Assembly: GCF_000009045.1 (NCBI RefSeq)
Contig: NC_000964.3
Location: 2,666,001-2,730,000, forward strand
Length of the DNA stretch: 64,000 nucleotides
Reading direction: 5' to 3'
Source: Bacillus subtilis subsp. subtilis str. 168
Lineage (GTDB): Bacteria; Bacillota; Bacilli; Bacillales; Bacillaceae
Made by a program: the position numbers and the translations under genes
Shown here: piece after piece, positions 59,837 through 64,000 of the stretch
Numbering within the stretch: position 1 is the first letter of the stretch
Layout: the number at the start of each line of letters is the position of its first letter
Notes under the pieces: generated by a model
What the model saw: the letters and a program-made list of their open reading frames with translations, nothing else
Told to the model about the DNA's origin: nothing
Database searches by the model: none

Positions 59837-60727
59837 ATGAATATTCAGTTGTTACAGGTTTTTCTCACTACTGCTCGTGAAGGCAGTATTTCCAAGGCTG
59901 CTCTGACTTTAAATTATGCACAATCGAATGTAACGAATAAGATACAACAACTAGAAAACGATTTACAGACAAAATTATTCTATCGTCATAGTCGAGGAAT
60001 CACACTTACTCCCCCAGGGCAAATTCTTGTTTCTTACTCAGAGAAAATTCTACATACTATTGAAGAAGCTAGAGCAGCCATGGGCGAATCATCCGCGCCT
60101 TCTGGGCCACTGCGTATAGGATCAATGGAAACAACAGCTGCAGTTTGGCTTCCTCAACTCCTTGCACATTATAATAACCTCTATCCAAATGTTGATTTGA
60201 ACCTAGTAACCGGCCCTACGGAACAACAAATACAAGCAGTTTTACATTATGAGTTAAACGGCGCTTTTATTTCAGGGCCTATTGAACACCCTGATTTAGT
60301 TCAAGAAAAGGTATTGGATGAAGAGATGGTTCTTGTTACAAGTGCTTCACACCCTGTGATTTCTTCCATTCAGGATGTTCAAACACAAACAATGCTTGTA
60401 TTCCGTAAAGGATGCTCATACAGAGCAAAGCTCAATCATATCCTGCAAGAAGAAGGTTTATTACCTATAAAATTAATGGAATTTGGCATACTTGAAGCGA
60501 TCATTGGCTGTGTAAGCGCCGGCTTGGGGATTTCACTGCTGCCTCGTTCAATCATTGCTTCGCATGAAAAAGAAGGCCGCATCCGCAGCCACACTATCTC
60601 TGACAAATATTCTTTTGTATCAACTATGTTTATAAGGCGGAAAGACACTTTAATTACCCCTGCTTTATCTGCTTTTTTAACGCATATGAGGGATCATTTT
60701 CAGATAAAGAGGCCAGATCAATCGTAA
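59837..60727 (+). CDS. gltR: LysR-family regulator GltR
   Basis: LysR HTH; position between yrdN and brnQ. Confidence 0.9.
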   Translation: MNIQLLQVFLTTAREGSISKAALTLNYAQSNVTNKIQQLENDLQTKLFYRHSRGITLTPPGQILVSYSEKILHTIEEARAAMGESSAPSGPLRIGSMETTAAVWLPQLLAHYNNLYPNVDLNLVTGPTEQQIQAVLHYELNGAFISGPIEHPDLVQEKVLDEEMVLVTSASHPVISSIQDVQTQTMLVFRKGCSYRAKLNHILQEEGLLPIKLMEFGILEAIIGCVSAGLGISLLPRSIIASHEKEGRIRSHTISDKYSFVSTMFIRRKDTLITPALSAFLTHMRDHFQIKRPDQS

Positions 60728-60884
60728 ATAAATGGATGGAAGGCATGCTTCGCCTCAAAATACCCCTGATCAGTTGTCTGATATAAAAATATAGGCGCAT
60801 CTCAATGTTTGTATAGAGCAAAAAAGCAAACTTCGGTATGTAGTTTGCTTTTTCTTCGTGATTTTGCACTCTGAATCGTGAAAC

Positions 60885-61202
60885 CTAGTCGATATTAGGA
60901 TGTAGATTTTCCTCATTCAAAGAATTTTGAACGAAGGTCATTGCCCTAGACACTTGGTTGCGTCTTGAAGTTAAAGGCTGACTATTTCCTAAAGCGTCAA
61001 TCGCTCTCACAACTATTAAATATTCACCTACAGATTTCGGGTGACAACGGGAAGATTGATATTTTCGGTTGGACAGGGGCAGAACATCCAATTGTAACAG
61101 TTGAAGTATCCACTGATGGAGGAGATCCTGCAGATCTGAGTGATATTGCTGTTGATTGATCAACTTGTTTTTGTTCGGAATATACTCAGTATATAGCCGC
61201 AT
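60885..61202 (-). pseudogene. yrdK: yrdK region: relic of a sulfite-oxidase-family (molybdopterin) C-terminal Ig-like domain
   Basis: Minus strand GEYLIVVRAIDALGNSQP and plus strand WTG...IVTVEVSTDGG are both typical of that domain. Confidence 0.5.
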
Positions 61203-62482
61203 ATTCCTCCTGCAATAGCTGGAATGAGCCACCCCAGCCCTATGTTATACATAGGAAGAATCTGAGTGAAAATACGATTCACAACTTCAATTTTTATTCC
61301 AGCCGCCTTCAAACCGTCAAATAGGCTGATGATGAATGCGAATAATAAACTGCCTTGATACACTTCTGTCTTCCCTTTAAATACAGAATGCAAAAACGTT
61401 AAAAATATTAAGGAAATCGCGATAGGATACATCGTCAGTAAGACAGGCATTGACACCTTAATGAGCTGGGTTAATCCTATATTTGCGACAAGCGTACTAA
61501 ACACTGATAAAACGACAGCAATTTTTTTATAAGAAATGTTCGGAAATAATTCATGAAAAAATGAAGAACACGCTGTGATCAGCCCGACACTTGTCGTCAG
61601 ACACGCCACTGTAATCATTAAGCCCAATAAGATTGAACCATAAGATCCAAAATAATAGGATGAAACCTTAGCCAAAACCTCTGCTCCATTTTCTAAAATC
61701 CCCAGTTCTTCAACGCTGGAAGCCCCCATATAGGAAAGGGCTGTATACATAACTGCTAAGAGTACAGCTGCAATCGCGGCTGCTTTTGCACAAACAACTA
61801 TCAGCTGTTTTTTGGTAGAAGCTCCTTGTTCTTTCAATGCATTCACGATGATAATTCCAAAAACAAATGCTACAAGGGCATCCAGAGTGAGGTATCCTTC
61901 CTGAAATCCTTTAAAAAACGCTTGTGATGTGTACCCTTTTGATGGTGCTTGAATGGTTCCAATTGGGCGAATAAGAGCTACGGCTACAAGCAATCCGATA
62001 AATGTCAGCTTAATTGGCGTCAAAAATTTACCAACTATATCAATGATTTTTGAAGGATTGAGTGATAACAAGCATGCCAATGCGAAAAATAATATTGTAA
62101 ATATGATCAATGAGACAGGGCTTGCATCATTTGATAAAAAAGGTTTTACCCCAATTTCAAACGATACGTTTCCTGATCTCGGGATAGCGAAAAAAGGCCC
62201 GATTGCCAAATAGAGAATCGTCGTAAATACAATGCCAAACACCGGGTGAACACGGCTGGCTAACGACTGTAAGTTTTGTTTACCCGAAAAAACAAATGCT
62301 GTTATAGCCAGTAATGGCAATCCAACTCCGGTCACTAAGAAACCTGCATTAGCGACCCATACATTTTTCCCGGCCAATTGACCAAGCATAGGCGGAAAAA
62401 TGAGATTTCCTGCTCCAAAAAACAATGCAAATAGCATTAATCCTATAATGATGATATAGGAAGCAGACACTTTTTTTGACAT
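61160..62482 (-). CDS. brnQ: Branched-chain amino acid transporter BrnQ
   Basis: Start ATG 62482; MLFALFFGAGNLIFPP and GYLTLDAL motifs. Confidence 0.96.
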   Translation of the reverse strand: MSKKVSASYIIIIGLMLFALFFGAGNLIFPPMLGQLAGKNVWVANAGFLVTGVGLPLLAITAFVFSGKQNLQSLASRVHPVFGIVFTTILYLAIGPFFAIPRSGNVSFEIGVKPFLSNDASPVSLIIFTILFFALACLLSLNPSKIIDIVGKFLTPIKLTFIGLLVAVALIRPIGTIQAPSKGYTSQAFFKGFQEGYLTLDALVAFVFGIIIVNALKEQGASTKKQLIVVCAKAAAIAAVLLAVMYTALSYMGASSVEELGILENGAEVLAKVSSYYFGSYGSILLGLMITVACLTTSVGLITACSSFFHELFPNISYKKIAVVLSVFSTLVANIGLTQLIKVSMPVLLTMYPIAISLIFLTFLHSVFKGKTEVYQGSLLFAFIISLFDGLKAAGIKIEVVNRIFTQILPMYNIGLGWLIPAIAGGICGYILSIFRTKTS

Positions 62483-62646
62483 TATATATCCTCCGATTAA
62501 AGTAGACACTTCTTGAATAGCCAGGAAACATTACAGATGCTATTTGCACTGGCACAGTGTTGATTCCAAAATAAGCTTGTGTCAGTTTTATATATTTTTA
62601 TCAAGTTAAATAAAAGCATGATCATTTTGATCGTTTCCGATATCGG

Positions 62647-62979
62647 TTAAAAAACCAATTGCACCAAAACCATATAAACAACGGTTCCCCCCGCTATGGA
62701 AAGAAGCATATTTTTCTTCCACAAGTGAAGCAGTACAACAGCAGCTGCTCCAACCAATTCAGGAATGCCATGACTTCCAGAAAGTAGACTCACATCTTTC
62801 AAACAATAAATGACTAAAAGCCCGATTACCGCTGATGGCAGCACTTTACCAAGATACTGTACATATTTCGGTGTCGGTTTGCCAGACGGGAAAATCATGA
62901 ATGGAAGGAACCGTGTCAGCATTGTTCCAAGCACGACCATTGCGATGGTGATCATTTGCTGCGTCATAGTCATCGTCAT
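62647..62979 (-). CDS. azlD: AzlD branched-chain amino acid export subunit
   Basis: TRFLPF...LPSAVIGLL motifs; coupled to azlC. Confidence 0.94.
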
Positions 62980-63740
62980 ACGGAAACCTCAGCTTTCTCC
63001 AATGGTTTTCTCAGAACAGTCAGTACCCCTAAAATGGCGAGCATAGCAGGAATAATAAATTGGTTTCCGCCAAAAAGGATAAGACTGGCTACTGAAAGTC
63101 CAAGTCCCGTGAGAGCACTGTAATGCTTTTTCTCTTTCATCCATTGTTCTATGAATATCACAATAAACAGAGCAGTCATCACAAAATCAAGCCCTTCGGT
63201 ATTAAACTTCACGTACGACCCAAAAATACCTCCTATCGCTGCCCCCGCGACCCAATATAAATGATTAAGCAGTGTCACAAAAAACATAAACCAGCCCTTA
63301 TCAACATTCGCCGGAACATTAGCGGTATAATTGATAGAAAATGATTCATCGCACATTCCGAAAATCAGATAAAGCTTTTTCTTTCCAGTCCCCCTGTACT
63401 TATCCAACATGGAAATTCCATAAAACAAATGCCGGGCATTGACCATTAACGTCAAAAAAAGAGCATTCATAGGGTTGAACGCACCAAGTAAAAAATTCGC
63501 TGCAACAAACTCCATTGAGCCCGCAAATATCATAAAACTCATGATGATTGGATAGATTGCGCTAAATCCCAAAGAATGCATAAAGATCCCATAAGCTATC
63601 CCCAAAAATAAAAACCCCGCAAAAATCGGAATGGTATATGGGAATGCAGAACGAAATGCAGCCCATATTTGACTTCTCTTATTCATATGAGTGTTTATAG
63701 CAGGAGAGCTTAAATGTAACGATTCTTTATTTTTATTCAA
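62976..63740 (-). CDS. azlC: AzlC branched-chain amino acid export subunit
   Basis: [23 protein letters not shown] motifs. Confidence 0.95.
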
Positions 63741-63752
63741 ATCAACAACCTC

Positions 63753-64000
63753 CTACATTTCATCAATTGGCACACTGACAGTTCTTTTTTCTGTACTCAT
63801 GACTATGCTTGTGTCAACTCCACTAATAGCAGGGTTCTGCATTAATGAATCAATGATAAAATTCCGATAACTCTCCATGTCCTTCGCCACAATCTTAAGC
63901 ATATAGTCATGGCTTCCTGTAAGTGTGTAGCATTCTTGAACCTGTGGGAATTTGTTTATATCCTCTAAAAATGAATGAATTGTCTCCCTATTTAAGGGTG
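63753..64000 (-). CDS. azlB: Lrp/AsnC-family repressor AzlB, 3' part (start outside window)
   Basis: Hand translation FPQVQECYTLTGSHDYMLKIVAKDMESY...TSIVMSTEK...* is an AsnC C-terminal domain. Confidence 0.9.
   Translation of the reverse strand, partial: PLNRETIHSFLEDINKFPQVQECYTLTGSHDYMLKIVAKDMESYRNFIIDSLMQNPAISGVDTSIVMSTEKRTVSVPIDEM

Noticed and set aside
1-64000. CRISPR array, rRNA, tRNA or intact IS transposase
   Set aside because: None seen. The only regular repeats are in-frame coding repeats of the tape measure, which lack unique spacers.

Overview
This window is Bacillus subtilis DNA. From recall of gene order and protein sequences it matches the strain-168-type skin region; no database search was run. 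Positions 1 to ~35,366 are the right-hand part of the skin (sigK-intervening) prophage-like element. It carries, mostly on the minus strand: PBSX-like contractile tail, head and packaging genes (yqxG to yqaS); two type I toxin-antitoxin loci (txpA/RatA, bsrH/as-bsrH) inserted in the tail operon; three AT-rich morons (yqbC, yqaR, yqaP); the replication/recombination early operon (yqaF to yqaO); the sknR switch with five 15-bp operators; the ImmA-like yqaB; and the att junction with the 3' half of sigK (spoIIIC). Outside skin lie psiE, the yrkQP two-component system, yrkO, yrkN, yrkL, yrkK, a CstR-like sulfur/persulfide cluster (yrkD to yrkJ, partly degraded), yrkC, bltR-blt-bltD, yrkA, yrdR/yrdQ, czcO-czcD, yrdN, gltR, brnQ and azlDCB. 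Most genes are already known. The least-explained signals are: (i) a decayed second copy of the skin recombination module (RDF-like yrkS overlapping a broken spoIVCA 5' end) just outside skin; (ii) two ~55-nt antisense promoter-terminator cassettes inside the early operon; (iii) an attenuator-like switch upstream of the putative late activator yqaQ; (iv) a hairpin that bridges a distant Shine-Dalgarno to the yrkA start codon; (v) repeated CstR-type operators and a slippery frameshift in yrkH; (vi) probable relics of a group II intron and of an internally inverted molybdopterin oxidoreductase. No CRISPR array, rRNA or tRNA was seen.
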